NCBI GenBank assembly: GCA_002269645.1
Contig: NIVC01003676.1
Location: 19,410-83,409 of the forward strand
DNA: 64,000 bases
Origin: Macrostomum lignano
Taxonomy: Eukaryota
Reading direction: 5' to 3'
Shown here: positions 1-9,890 of the stretch, in pieces
How the letters are laid out: each line of letters opens with the position of its first letter
Numbering within the stretch: position 1 is the first letter of the stretch
The notes under the pieces: model-generated
The model's database searches: none
Told to the model about the DNA's origin: nothing
What the model saw: the letters and a program-made list of their open reading frames with translations, nothing else
Translations under genes and position numbers: made by a program

Positions 1-869
1 TCAGACTGACGTTGGAACCTGAGCGGGTGGATCGCGTAGCCTAACTCGTTCAGTCCGCGTCATATGAGTCCCTGTTACCGTACACACTCGTTTTACGGTT
101 CCAAAAGGAAATAGTGCAAAACGGAAACTCACTTTTACTCGGCCTTGCGTGTCATATGTGGGTGACTTTAGCGTCGTTGGCTATTATTGAATGTATACTT
201 TCGGATCTAAAGTTTTTTTATCAGACTGTTCTAAAGGTAATATCGGTGAAGCCAATAGGCGCCCTCTCTCTCGCTTATCACATCATTATTTTTATATAGA
301 TACATGTATACAATTACTACTTAGTCTTTTAGGGTCAGGGATTCGGCAATAGAGCAGCCGGGAAACTTATAATTGGCTAGGAAACGTGAAAACATGACAA
401 GGCGCGGGGCTTATGGGAAAAAATTGGGTTGCACACAGAAGGGCAGCCAATCAGAGTTGGGTACGGAGCGGGCCGGGGTAGAAAGAATGGGGAGGGGGCA
501 GGCAGCTAGGCTGGGGGGTTGATGCAAACCCCCCTGGGGGGGGGGGGTTGGTGCAAACACGTGGGCCGATGCGGTATGTGGGCGATATGTCGGGTACACT
601 TGTCGAAAACTAGAGATTGCTCATCAGTACTAATGTACCCGAGCACAATACTAATTAAGATGTTTATATGTTATGCTGTTTTTAACGATAATGTGCGTTA
701 ATATTTGAAGAAGCTGCTGCCAAGCCAGATTTTCCTGCCGACTATTTAATTGAAACGGCTACTGGACATTCCCCTCCAGCGTTCCCCCTCGGTGGTGTTT
801 CCTCTGCGTCTCTAAAAAGAAAAATGAAATGGGCAGCGGCACAAGAAAGAACTTTAGTGGCATTACTAG

Positions 870-1460
870 CAATCAGCGCCCCCCGTTGGGGAGCCAAAAA
901 ATGCAGTACAAGTTTTTTTTAATAAACTACATGTAAGCGTCTCTTTGCATTGTACATTGTAAGCCTTGACATGTCAGAAAATCCCACCACAAGCCTTAGC
1001 ATATCAACCCCCTTGACATATTAGCAATGCCCAATAAGCCTTGAAATCCTAAAAAATCTGTCAACCTTCTAACCCTAACCCTAGCCCTAACCCTAAACCT
1101 AACCCTAACCCTAACCCTAACCCTAACCCTAAAGCATTGACATTTCAGTAATTCTCTCCAACAGTCATTATAGCACTACAGCATTATAGCGATTCCCAGC
1201 AAGCCTCGACATCGTAGGGATTTCCAAATGAATCTCTTAACTTCGATATGAAGCTTCTTTTATTTTTTACATTACGCTTTTTCTATCAGCGATCCCTCCC
1301 GTGAGGAGCCAACAAATAATGAAAAAAAGTTTTCAATAGACTACATGTAGCTTCTGACTTTAGCCTTGACATCTCATTTATTCCCCCATGAGCCTTGACA
1401 TCTCAGCTATTCCCCCCGTAAGCCTTGACATGTCAGCAATGCCCCCCATAAACCTTTGAA
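870..1460. repeat. Two diverged direct copies (about 870-1135 and 1285-1460) of a small repeat family with AGCCTTGACAT sub-repeats; a third partial copy at 2335-2430
   Basis: The shared ATCAGCG..GGAGCCAA..AAGTTTT..ACTACATGTA lead-in and repeated (A)GCCTTGACAT words are visible in both copies. Confidence 0.6.
1069..1132 (+). repeat. Interstitial telomere-type repeat (TAACCC)n, about 10 units
   Basis: Direct read of ctaaccctaaccc; a degenerate version lies at 2381-2430. Confidence 0.9.
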
Positions 1461-2457
1461 ATGGGCGTGTCCTGCGGTTTAGGCTACTGGTTTACTGGTT
1501 TCTTTTTAATTTGATTAATCTGAGCTCGAGAGACTCCGGGCTTAGATTAAGCTGGAAGATTTCCTAGCTACCTTAAATTGAATGAATAGTTGTTACGATC
1601 TAGGTTACTTTGCTCTACTAATCTGCTATTACGTACTTTTATTTGGTAGGTCGCTGCCACCAGACTAATGCCCCTTATAATTAATGTTAAATCAAAATAA
1701 ATGAGACAAGAGTCAATTTCATATAAGATTATTTAGATCAAACAAACAAAAGAAATATTATTAAACCGAATATGCAAAGAAAGTACACAATTAATCCCTA
1801 TGTTAGCACCACGGTAGACTCCGATTTCTTATTTAGACCAATGGTAGACTCCTTTAGTCTTTTCCTATGTTACTTGATTTATATATAATCCTATTCTCGG
1901 TAGACTCCGTTGTGACTAAGTGGTAGACTCCTTCTTAGCCTCCCTATTTTACCCCTTAGAATTTTATCCTTAACTTACCCTTGATTTCCTTAAGCTTCTG
2001 TATTAAATTTTGAAAGGGAGACTCCCTTATTTTTTATTTTAGAATTGAGATCTTTGTCTCTATAAATATTGTCCTGATGGACGGTCCTGAACGGATATGC
2101 TTGGACTGATTGTCCCGAACGGATGCTTTTCCCGAGGCTAAACAGCCTTTTACTAATGGAGGAACCCGCTAAGACTCGAATTCCCACAACTTCAGATATT
2201 TCCCCGAGGGTGAACTACTAACAGTAGCGTAAAAGCAAAACTGCTTATTCTAGAATTCATGCTACTAAAATAATTCATCCCGACGAATGGCAAACGCCTT
2301 AGCAAAACTGCTTGAAACTAAACCCCCTACTACACCTTGATATCTGAAAAATCCCCTGTTAACCTTGAAACCCGCTAAAATCTAACCCTCAACCCAAACC
2401 TGACCTAAACCTAACTTTAACCCAACCTATAAATCCACATATGTTGATATTCACCCC

Positions 2458-3630
2458 GTGAACTCTATTGCTACTAACTCACCTATTGAATTCGACTGTC
2501 ATCCATCGGCTGATGAGTACACTGATCTGCTGAGCTCATTCCTGTATATTCGCTGTCGCCTAGTCCGGCTTGGCGGGGCTTTGATGAGGGAGGAGGTTCG
2601 GAATGCCGATGGAGTTGTCACTGAGCACCCAGAAAGCTTTGTCCTGTCTACGGCATTCTCAGATGTAATCGTGAGCATCAACCAGCGAATTGTATCAGGC
2701 GGAGACCAGCTCTACCCCTACCATGCCTACCTAAAAGCTCTCATGAGCTCATCCGATGCTCAGCAGTTAAAGTTCTACCCCGCCGGATTCCTGGAACCCG
2801 AAACTGCTGCTGAGGGGCATGCCGAGAGCCACAGGGAGTCCCGCTGGGTGGAGTATGCGGGACCACTGCTCAGCGACATCTTCCAGTGTCCTGTTCTGCT
2901 GCTGAACAATTTACACCTGCACATCAAGCTGATGCCCAGCGATGCTGCATTCGCCATTCGAACCCCAGATGATAACAACACAGCCTACCGAATGGAAATC
3001 TCCCACTGCATTCTGAACCTGCGCCGAGTCAAAGTGGCGCCTCACATTAGCCTAGCGCATGAGCAGGGACTGACCAATCAGAATTACTTTACCCCATCGA
3101 GCCAACTGAAATGCAAAACTTTATTCTACCCCAGGGAATTCAGTCAAAAAAACATTGAAGGATTCACCCATGGCAAACTGCCGAAGTTCGTTATGCTGGT
3201 CTTCGTGAACCACCTAGCCTTCAATGGCCATCACCATTCCAGCCCCTTCGAGTTCCAGAGCTTCAACCTCAGCCAGCTAGCACTAAAGAAAGGTGGTGAA
3301 GCCATGTGCCACGCTGCATTTGCACCTGAGAATAATTCATTCGTGAGAGAGTATTTGCACTACCTGAAAAGCTGTCAGTCAGCCAGCCCTACCAACACGG
3401 TTCCGTGGGTCCCCTACCAGTTGTTCTCCAACGGCAACACAGCTTTCGCATTCGATCTCACGCCTGAGGGAGCGGCCCTGTGGTACGGACAGAAGGAGGG
3501 CAATTTGCGGCTGGAGATTCGCTTCCGACAGGCCCTGGAGGAGCCTGTATCTCTGATTGTTATGTGCCTGTATGACTCACTGATTGAGGTCACGAAGCAC
3601 AGGGAGATTCTGCTAGATTTTTCATCCTAG
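2458..3630 (+). CDS. Polinton/adintovirus major capsid protein (PY, double jelly-roll), 5'-truncated; the frame is open from about 2404 and homology starts about 2431 (KSTYVDIHPV)
   Basis: Family motifs PIEF, YTDL..SFL, FSDVIVSINQRIVS, YPYHAYLKAL, GPL.SDIFQ..LLLN, GKLPKFVMLVFV..AFNG, SPFEF and GNLRLEIRF..AL..V.LIV....D.LIEV...R.ILLD. There is no ATG at the natural N-terminus. Confidence 0.88.
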   Translation: MNSIATNSPIEFDCHPSADEYTDLLSSFLYIRCRLVRLGGALMREEVRNADGVVTEHPESFVLSTAFSDVIVSINQRIVSGGDQLYPYHAYLKALMSSSDAQQLKFYPAGFLEPETAAEGHAESHRESRWVEYAGPLLSDIFQCPVLLLNNLHLHIKLMPSDAAFAIRTPDDNNTAYRMEISHCILNLRRVKVAPHISLAHEQGLTNQNYFTPSSQLKCKTLFYPREFSQKNIEGFTHGKLPKFVMLVFVNHLAFNGHHHSSPFEFQSFNLSQLALKKGGEAMCHAAFAPENNSFVREYLHYLKSCQSASPTNTVPWVPYQLFSNGNTAFAFDLTPEGAALWYGQKEGNLRLEIRFRQALEEPVSLIVMCLYDSLIEVTKHREILLDFSS

Positions 3631-3653
3631 GAGTACGCTGGCGCAACGCTAAT

Positions 3654-4172
3654 ATGGATGCTTTTCAATTGCTTAAACTGGCTAAAAGCTTTTTACCTCA
3701 AAATAACTATTTAATTATTGTCTTGAATTTAATAAATAAAACATCTTATGCTTTAAACTTTATTCAGCGAGCAACTCTCAAAAGAAATTTATCTCGATGT
3801 AAGTTTATTTTCTTTCTGCTTCAGTACGGCTCATCCTTCGGTCACTGGGTGGTTTGTTATGCTGATAAGGAGAATTCGGGCTGGGACTCAAGCACTTTAG
3901 AGATTATTCACGGAGCACTGAAATCCTTTTGGTATTCTCCATTCTACTTACGTGGCAACGTGAATCGAATTCAGAGCTGCGACTCTGCTAAATGCGGTTT
4001 GTTCTGTCTCTATTTTTCTATCAAAAGTTTCATTTCAAGCACGTTTGCATGGAGGGTTCTGCGGCACCTCCATGCAAATCAGCAGAGCCACTTGAATGAA
4101 AGAATGCTGCAAAGGTTTGAGAGTTGCTTAAGAAAAAGAAATTCAATTAGACTTTTAAAATTGAGGATTTAG
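3654..4172 (+). CDS. Adenain-like (Polinton PRO) cysteine maturation protease
   Basis: GHWV (His), WDS (Asp) and NRIQSCDSAKCGLFCLYF (oxyanion Gln and catalytic Cys); position between MCP and ATPase. Confidence 0.8.
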   Translation: MDAFQLLKLAKSFLPQNNYLIIVLNLINKTSYALNFIQRATLKRNLSRCKFIFFLLQYGSSFGHWVVCYADKENSGWDSSTLEIIHGALKSFWYSPFYLRGNVNRIQSCDSAKCGLFCLYFSIKSFISSTFAWRVLRHLHANQQSHLNERMLQRFESCLRKRNSIRLLKLRI

Positions 4173-4183
4173 CTCAACAGGCA

Positions 4184-4837
4184 ATGGAAACACGTGAGCG
4201 GATAAACTGTTATGATGTGCGCCTGCGACAGGGAAGCTGCATGATTGTCAGCGGACCTACAAATGCAGGAAAGACAACCTTCGTGAAACATCTGATACAA
4301 TACAAGGATGTCATGTTTGATGTGAAGCCTGGGAGAGTTCTGTGGTACTACGGGATTTCACAAGCAGCACACTCTGAGCTCAGCAGTCTCGGTGTGCACC
4401 TGCAGCAGGGATTTCCCAGCAGTATCGAGACCGCACTGAGACCCAATGACCTGGTTGTATTTGATGACCTGATTGAAGAAACTTCCAATTCTGCTGCTAT
4501 GCGAAATGTTTTCACTAGAATTGCCCATAATTTGCCCTGCTTTCTGGTTATTCTGACCCAAAATGTATTTTTTAAAGGGAAGGAGTTGCGAACAATGAGT
4601 CTGAATGCGATGTACTTTGTGATCATGAAGAACCCCAGAGACCAGCTGCAGATTGCAGCGCTGGGCAGGCAGTGCTTTGCTCAGAAGCCCGGCTTTCTGA
4701 GGTCAGTGCTCAAGCACGTGACCTCGCACGGCAGGGGAGCCTACCTGCTCCTGGATTTTCACCCTTCCACCCCTGATGAGCTGCGCGTCCGGGCTCGAAT
4801 CCTGCCCAATCAGCGACCCCACCTTGTTTACACTTAA
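4184..4837 (+). CDS. A32/FtsK-like DNA packaging ATPase of Polintons
   Basis: Walker A GPTNAGKT, Walker B LVVFDDL, and family motifs FT..AH, ILTQNVF, RTMSLNA.Y and KNPRD..QI..LGRQ. The ORF is complete. Confidence 0.93.
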   Translation: METRERINCYDVRLRQGSCMIVSGPTNAGKTTFVKHLIQYKDVMFDVKPGRVLWYYGISQAAHSELSSLGVHLQQGFPSSIETALRPNDLVVFDDLIEETSNSAAMRNVFTRIAHNLPCFLVILTQNVFFKGKELRTMSLNAMYFVIMKNPRDQLQIAALGRQCFAQKPGFLRSVLKHVTSHGRGAYLLLDFHPSTPDELRVRARILPNQRPHLVYT

Positions 4838-4860
4838 GAATAACAGCCGAGATTTTGCCA

Positions 4861-5250
4861 TTAGGCCGGTGGTTTTCCCACGGAAATTCCTGCGGCAGAG
4901 TCCACATTTCCCCTACTACTACAGCTAGTTTTACCGAACGGAAGACTTGAGTTCGGGCCAATCCACGCTCGCTTGTCCTCCCAGATACTGAGAGCGAGCT
5001 TACGTTGCTCAATGGTGAAAACGCGATGTTTCTCACTTCCAATTCGACGAACAGTGAGCGACAGCTTTGAAGCCCCCTTGAAAATCTTTACGTAGTCGTC
5101 GTGGGAGACTTCATTCTTCAGCACGCTTCGTTGGATGCCTTTTGCTTTTGCTTTGCATACCGCCGAGCTTTCAGCGAGGAAAGAATAGAGCTTGGGCCTT
5201 AGCGCCGAGAATTGATTTGAGAAATATTGAGAAAATTGTATTGACTCCAC
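4861..5250 (-). pseudogene. polB: C-terminal fragment of protein-primed family B DNA polymerase (homology about 4930-5215)
   Basis: ALRPKLYSF, KAKGI, DDY, RIGSEKHRVFT, KLALS..EDKR and LPFG match the pPolB palm/thumb end; the N-terminal majority is absent. Confidence 0.88.
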
Positions 5251-5266
5251 ATTTCCCCTACTACTA

Positions 5267-5480
5267 TAGCTGAGTGTTTAATTGCTATATCTGGGTGTTT
5301 AATTGCTATAGCTGGGTGTTTAATTGCTATAGCTGGGTGTTTAATTGCTATAGCAGGGTGTTTAATTCCTATAGCTGGGTGTTTAATTGCTATTGCTGGG
5401 TGTTTAATCGCTATGGCTGGGTGTTTAATTGCTATAGCTGGGTGTTTAATTGCTATAGCCGGATGTTTAATCGCTAGCCG
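5267..5480. repeat. 21-bp minisatellite (TAGCTGGGTGTTTAATTGCTA), about 10 copies
   Basis: Direct read. Confidence 0.95.
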
Positions 5481-6076
5481 GATGCGTCCACAGTACACAA
5501 GATGGAATGCTAGATTAATGTGGGTACAGAGGCTTAGACTACCGCTTCTGTTGTTTATAATACTATCTATACTTGGCCCTTGTAGAAGACATTATGCAAA
5601 TTTCGGCAGGTGAGGCTAACCTGTCTATAAAATTGAACCTGAGAAAAGCAAACAAAAATTACATGCACTGTATCGCAGTTTTGCCACACTTTTGCTTGAA
5701 ACACCAATAAACCTTTTAGAAGCGGGCAAGCAAAGTGATGCGGCAAAAATTGCTGGTTCAACGGATGTAACGTTGCGAAAATTGCAATTTGCAATGTACG
5801 CCATTGCTGTCTGCATGGCACACAGTGAATCCGTAAATGATACACGGATAAACGGCTTTACATCATTTTCTGTTTAAAATAAAAAGTATCTGTTGGCCAG
5901 CACTGCAAGAGAAAGTTTCTGAAAAAATAAGTAACAATTTTACGAAGTTCACCGTTTATATAGTTCGACAATGAGCTCAAACGCTAATGACGATGTAAGT
6001 TAGTAACTCAAGTTTTGTGTAAAAATCGTGTAAAAATTGGAGATGACGTCATATATGGACTATTTGTTTGCTTGTG

Positions 6077-6253
6077 ACAACTGTCACTGGCAGTCAATTG
6101 TTACTGACAGTCAAATGTCACTGGCAGTCAATTGTCACTGACAGTCAATTGTCACTGGCAGTCAAATGTCACTGGCAGTCAAATGTCACTGACAGTCAAA
6201 TGTCACTGACAGTCAAATGTCACTGACAGTCAAATGTCACTGACAGTCAATTA
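6077..6253. repeat. 17-bp minisatellite (CTGACAGTCAAATGTCA), about 10 copies
   Basis: Direct read. Confidence 0.92.
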
Positions 6254-6348
6254 TCATTGGTAGTAAAATTTAAACCCTATAAGCTTTCCCTAAACTTCAA
6301 GACATTTGACAGAAGAGTTGATTAATACGAGCGTATTTCGTTTTTTAG

Positions 6349-8148
6349 TTGACGACAATTTCAACCCTTCAGGCCGACATCACCACGGAGCGTCAGCACC
6401 TGCTATCAAAATCAGAGGTGCAGCCGACAACGATGGAAATCTCTACGGTGTTCAAGCTGAAGTGCTTCATCTATGCGATGTTGCTGATTGCCCTAGGCTT
6501 TGTAACTACTATTGTTGAAACGCAGGACTTCTTAGAGGACGTCGAAAAAACTGATACAAGCGATCGAGCTGCCAGAACTCGAGGCATCATTAAATGGATT
6601 TGCTTTGGTATTAAATGCGCCTACCTGCTTCCCGCCATAGCTGGACTTCTGTACCTGCAGAGGTGGGCCATAGTGCAAGGCAAACTGCCTCTAGTTGCAT
6701 TGCAGGTGTGCGACCATGGGTCTCAATCAGACTTGTTGCAACAAAAAGCAGGAGTTTTGCTTCTGAAGAGCGTTAATCGATATGTCTACCTGCCAAGGAG
6801 GCTGAACAGCTCGCCATCCATGCTCATAATCTTAACGTCACTATTATTCGCGCTATTCTCTTGCTTGTCCATCATATTCGAAATGGCATGCGGAGTTATT
6901 GCGTCAATTGATCGTGCAGAATTTTTACGCAAAAACCTGCCCGACGTATTCGGATGCATGATTTTGCTAATTTTTATTATAACTCAGGCGAGGTTTTCTA
7001 TTCTATACGGCAGGGTTAGCTTCCAATGGAAGCTGCGCGTAGCCTGCTTAGTTTTTGCCCACGTCATTGCCACAAACATTTCCGCCTGGTTCTTCAGTGT
7101 TGGCTTCGAATTGAGTGAAATAATTTCCAATGAAACTGCCCACGGGGAGTTTGCTGGCTCCTATTGTACAATGTTTCCAATCATTCGAAGTCTCTATCCG
7201 TTCTTAACTGAGTACTACGTGATGAGCGCGCTCATCGTATTCGGATTTTCGGCCAATGTTGGAAAACTCGGCGTTGCGATTAAAGAAGCTGCAGCTGGAG
7301 GAATTCGAATTAGTACCGAGAGCATCCGGGATCTGCTGACAAAATCGGGCTCACCGCGCACAGGACACACTTGGCGTGCTGAGCGCTCTATGATGAGGCG
7401 GTACTCCAGTCGAATTTCCGTTGGCGTCGGCTTACTGCTCATCACGCTAGCTGCCGCTATTTTTCTCAGATATCAAAGCACAGACAAGATATACCCGCAG
7501 GTAGTGTTCTACTGCATCCTGATCCTGCTATACTCGAGCGGTATGGCCTGCAACTGTCTGCTACTAGGAGCAATTAGTACGAGTAGAACTAGCTGTCAAA
7601 GGTTTAGCAGTATTCACGGCACTGATCGGATTCTACTGTGGCTAGGCGCTCTAGCGATCGCAGTGAACAATATCTACACCATCGGGATGAGTGTTGCTCA
7701 AATTTTACGGGAGTATAATGTCTCGTATAAATTACCTGGATTGATCCTAAGCGCGGTCTGTTCTTGTATTAATATCGGTCAGAGCTTGCTGCAAGTGTTT
7801 ACTCTGGAGTGCACTTTGCTCTGCAGGTTCAGCTCCGGCAAGAATCAATACGGTCAGGCTATGTTGACAGTTCTCATGATAGTAAATGCTGCCCAGTGGC
7901 TCGACAACACAATCTGCTTTAGTTTCTTCTTTCCTAAAAATCAGCTAAACGATGCTCGAGTTCTTTCTCTTCTAACTGTACCCCTGCAGGTGTTTTTCCG
8001 TTTCCACTCGATTGCCTGCATGCACGACATTAAGAAGCATTGTAACGATTTGCACGCGGCCCATTCAGACAATCATTCGGCACAAGTGGCCGAACAAGCT
8101 GTTGAGCGTCTCAATGAAGAACCAATAGACTTTCCTGACGACAGCTAG
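6349..8148 (+). CDS. OTOP: Otopetrin-family proton channel, single exon, up to 599 aa (true start codon uncertain)
   Basis: Many hydrophobic helices; HVIATNISAW, LYPFLTEY and C-terminal PLQVFFRFHS correspond to the otopetrin H.IATN..W, LYPF..EY and FYRxHS motifs. Confidence 0.85.
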   Translation: MTTISTLQADITTERQHLLSKSEVQPTTMEISTVFKLKCFIYAMLLIALGFVTTIVETQDFLEDVEKTDTSDRAARTRGIIKWICFGIKCAYLLPAIAGLLYLQRWAIVQGKLPLVALQVCDHGSQSDLLQQKAGVLLLKSVNRYVYLPRRLNSSPSMLIILTSLLFALFSCLSIIFEMACGVIASIDRAEFLRKNLPDVFGCMILLIFIITQARFSILYGRVSFQWKLRVACLVFAHVIATNISAWFFSVGFELSEIISNETAHGEFAGSYCTMFPIIRSLYPFLTEYYVMSALIVFGFSANVGKLGVAIKEAAAGGIRISTESIRDLLTKSGSPRTGHTWRAERSMMRRYSSRISVGVGLLLITLAAAIFLRYQSTDKIYPQVVFYCILILLYSSGMACNCLLLGAISTSRTSCQRFSSIHGTDRILLWLGALAIAVNNIYTIGMSVAQILREYNVSYKLPGLILSAVCSCINIGQSLLQVFTLECTLLCRFSSGKNQYGQAMLTVLMIVNAAQWLDNTICFSFFFPKNQLNDARVLSLLTVPLQVFFRFHSIACMHDIKKHCNDLHAAHSDNHSAQVAEQAVERLNEEPIDFPDDS

Positions 8149-8769
8149 TTTTGGACGTTGAAACTTTGATTCGTGACCTTTCTTAGTATACTCTGGATTG
8201 GGCATGGCAGGTATCGCACTACGAGTACAATGAATGATTAAGTTGATGCAGAATTTTTTGGTTAACTATTTAACGATATTATTTTTTCGCGTTTCGACGA
8301 TTTTGTAGATTTCAAAAGCAATTTGATAGCGGTTGTGTTGTCATTATAATTCAATTACATTCAAATCACCCATATTTTAGTGCCACTAGTTATACAGTAA
8401 TTGTCAAAGATTAGTTTACAGTAAAAATTACAATAATTGCTCCTTACTTAAAGTAGCATATCCCAAGGTTAAACTAGAAGCTTTATTTTTTGCTTTCAAA
8501 TTAAATAAATTCTGCGAGATAAATTTTAATTAAGCGCTTTGTCGAAAACTGTAACTTCAGACCAGGGCCTTTGGCAAGGCACTTTAACTTACATGTTTGT
8601 TATATCACGAGTAAAGGCATACGAAACTTAAAACGAAACAACAATTTGTTCGAAATAAATTGTCAGCCAGTAGTGCTGTAGAGTGGTCTACCTCCCACAA
8701 AAGGAAGTAAAATTGTTAATCACAGAATACTGTAAGTAAGCTAGTGCACACATGCGCACCGAAACTTTA

Positions 8770-9220
8770 ACTATGAATCATGTTACTATTTATAGCAGAA
8801 GAATGAGTCATGTTATTAATTATAGTATGCAATGAGTCATGTTACCCCTTATAGCGCAACACATGAGTCACGTTGCTATTTATGGCTTGCCGAATCGTCT
8901 ATAAATATAAGTGGTCCAAAGCGGACCTGGAGTCATTCTCCCAATGACAGGAGGAGCTCCGAAGAGGAAGCCTTAGGAGGACTTCCTGAAGACTAACTCA
9001 ATCGAGACTCGGTAGAGTTCTTGCGGTAAGCCTTTCTCATTTGCGCCCGTTGTTTGAGTCGACTCACTATTGTTGTCGTGTCTACTGGTGACGAGAACTA
9101 CTGAAGAGACATTTCATCCGGATTAAAGGTAATAAATACCTTCATTTGATAACTGGGTTGCCTAGCAGTCTACCCAGTTGCCTAGCAGATTTCTAAGAAA
9201 AGTCTTGGTAATAAGGAACA
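8770..9220 (+). promoter_or_regulatory. LTR-like promoter block: four TGA(G/A)TCA sites at about 30-bp spacing, TATAAATA (8900-8907) and AATAAA (about 9131)
   Basis: TGAATCA 8774 and TGAGTCA 8804, 8833, 8864, followed by a TATA box and a polyA signal, as in U3-R-U5. No TSD or clear termini found. Confidence 0.45.
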
Positions 9221-9617
9221 CATTTAGTGCGTCGGAAAACGTCACAGGACACGTCACAGTTTTACAAGCGAAAAGAGGTGAGAAAGCGATAGCTCCTAGA
9301 CAAACCTTTTTATTGATAATTCAGTATGGAAGGCCAGGTGCATAGTAAATATTGAACCAATAATATCTAAGGAAAGTTGGAAAGCCTCTCTATCGGACCC
9401 TCGGGGGGTCTTTTAAGACGTTACAATAGCAATCCCGCCCGCTCAAGGTTGATGTCTCTCTTGAGTTCCTCTTCTTGTTTTTTCTCTCTTTCCCCTCTTC
9501 TCACTTCTCTCTTCTCTCTACCCTCTTCTCTGCCTTCTCTCCCCTCTCTTCCCTTTCCACTCCCGTTAATAATTCGGTATGGTAGGGCAGGTGCATAGTA
9601 AATATCTGATCGATATA

Positions 9618-9890
9618 TACTCAACAACATCAAAAAGTCGCCATCACAGAAGATTCCGTCTGTGGTCGCCACTTTTGAGAGTGCAGGTGAAGTCTGTCGC
9701 TGTAGACTTGTAGCTACGTCGCGGCAGACTTAGGTTGAGGGAACGAAGTGGGCGAGCGGTGTGCGAGGGTTGGACGGATTAAAGCCACCCAGATCAGTTT
9801 TCTCGTATCTTTTATTTCGGAATAGTCCAAGAGAAATTGCTCACTGGCGCATACGAGCGTAGAGTGGCGACTTTTCAATGTTGCTGAGTA
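9618..9890. mobile_element. Tc1/mariner-type MITE, 273 bp, 26-bp TIRs, TA flanks
   Basis: TACTCAACAACATCAAAAAGTCGCCA (9618-9643) vs the reverse complement of 9865-9890 matches at 23/26; TA on both sides. Confidence 0.7.

Larger units (their letters stand above)
2431..5265. mobile_element. Truncated Polinton/Maverick (adintovirus-like) endogenous viral element
   Basis: Contiguous MCP-PRO-ATPase on + and a convergent pPolB C-terminus on -. No integrase, penton or left terminus is seen in the window. Confidence 0.9.

Noticed and set aside
400-600. G/C hairpins with CCAAT and CACGTG words as a possible Polinton left TIR
   Set aside because: No AGTAGT or AG-repeat terminus and no inverted partner in the window; cannot be assigned.
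1069-1132. True chromosome end
   Set aside because: The tract is short, internal and embedded in a repeated element.
1591-2223. Possible solo LTR (TGTTA...TAACA)
   Set aside because: Only a 5-bp terminal inverted match, and the flanks (ATAGT vs GTAGC) give no TSD.
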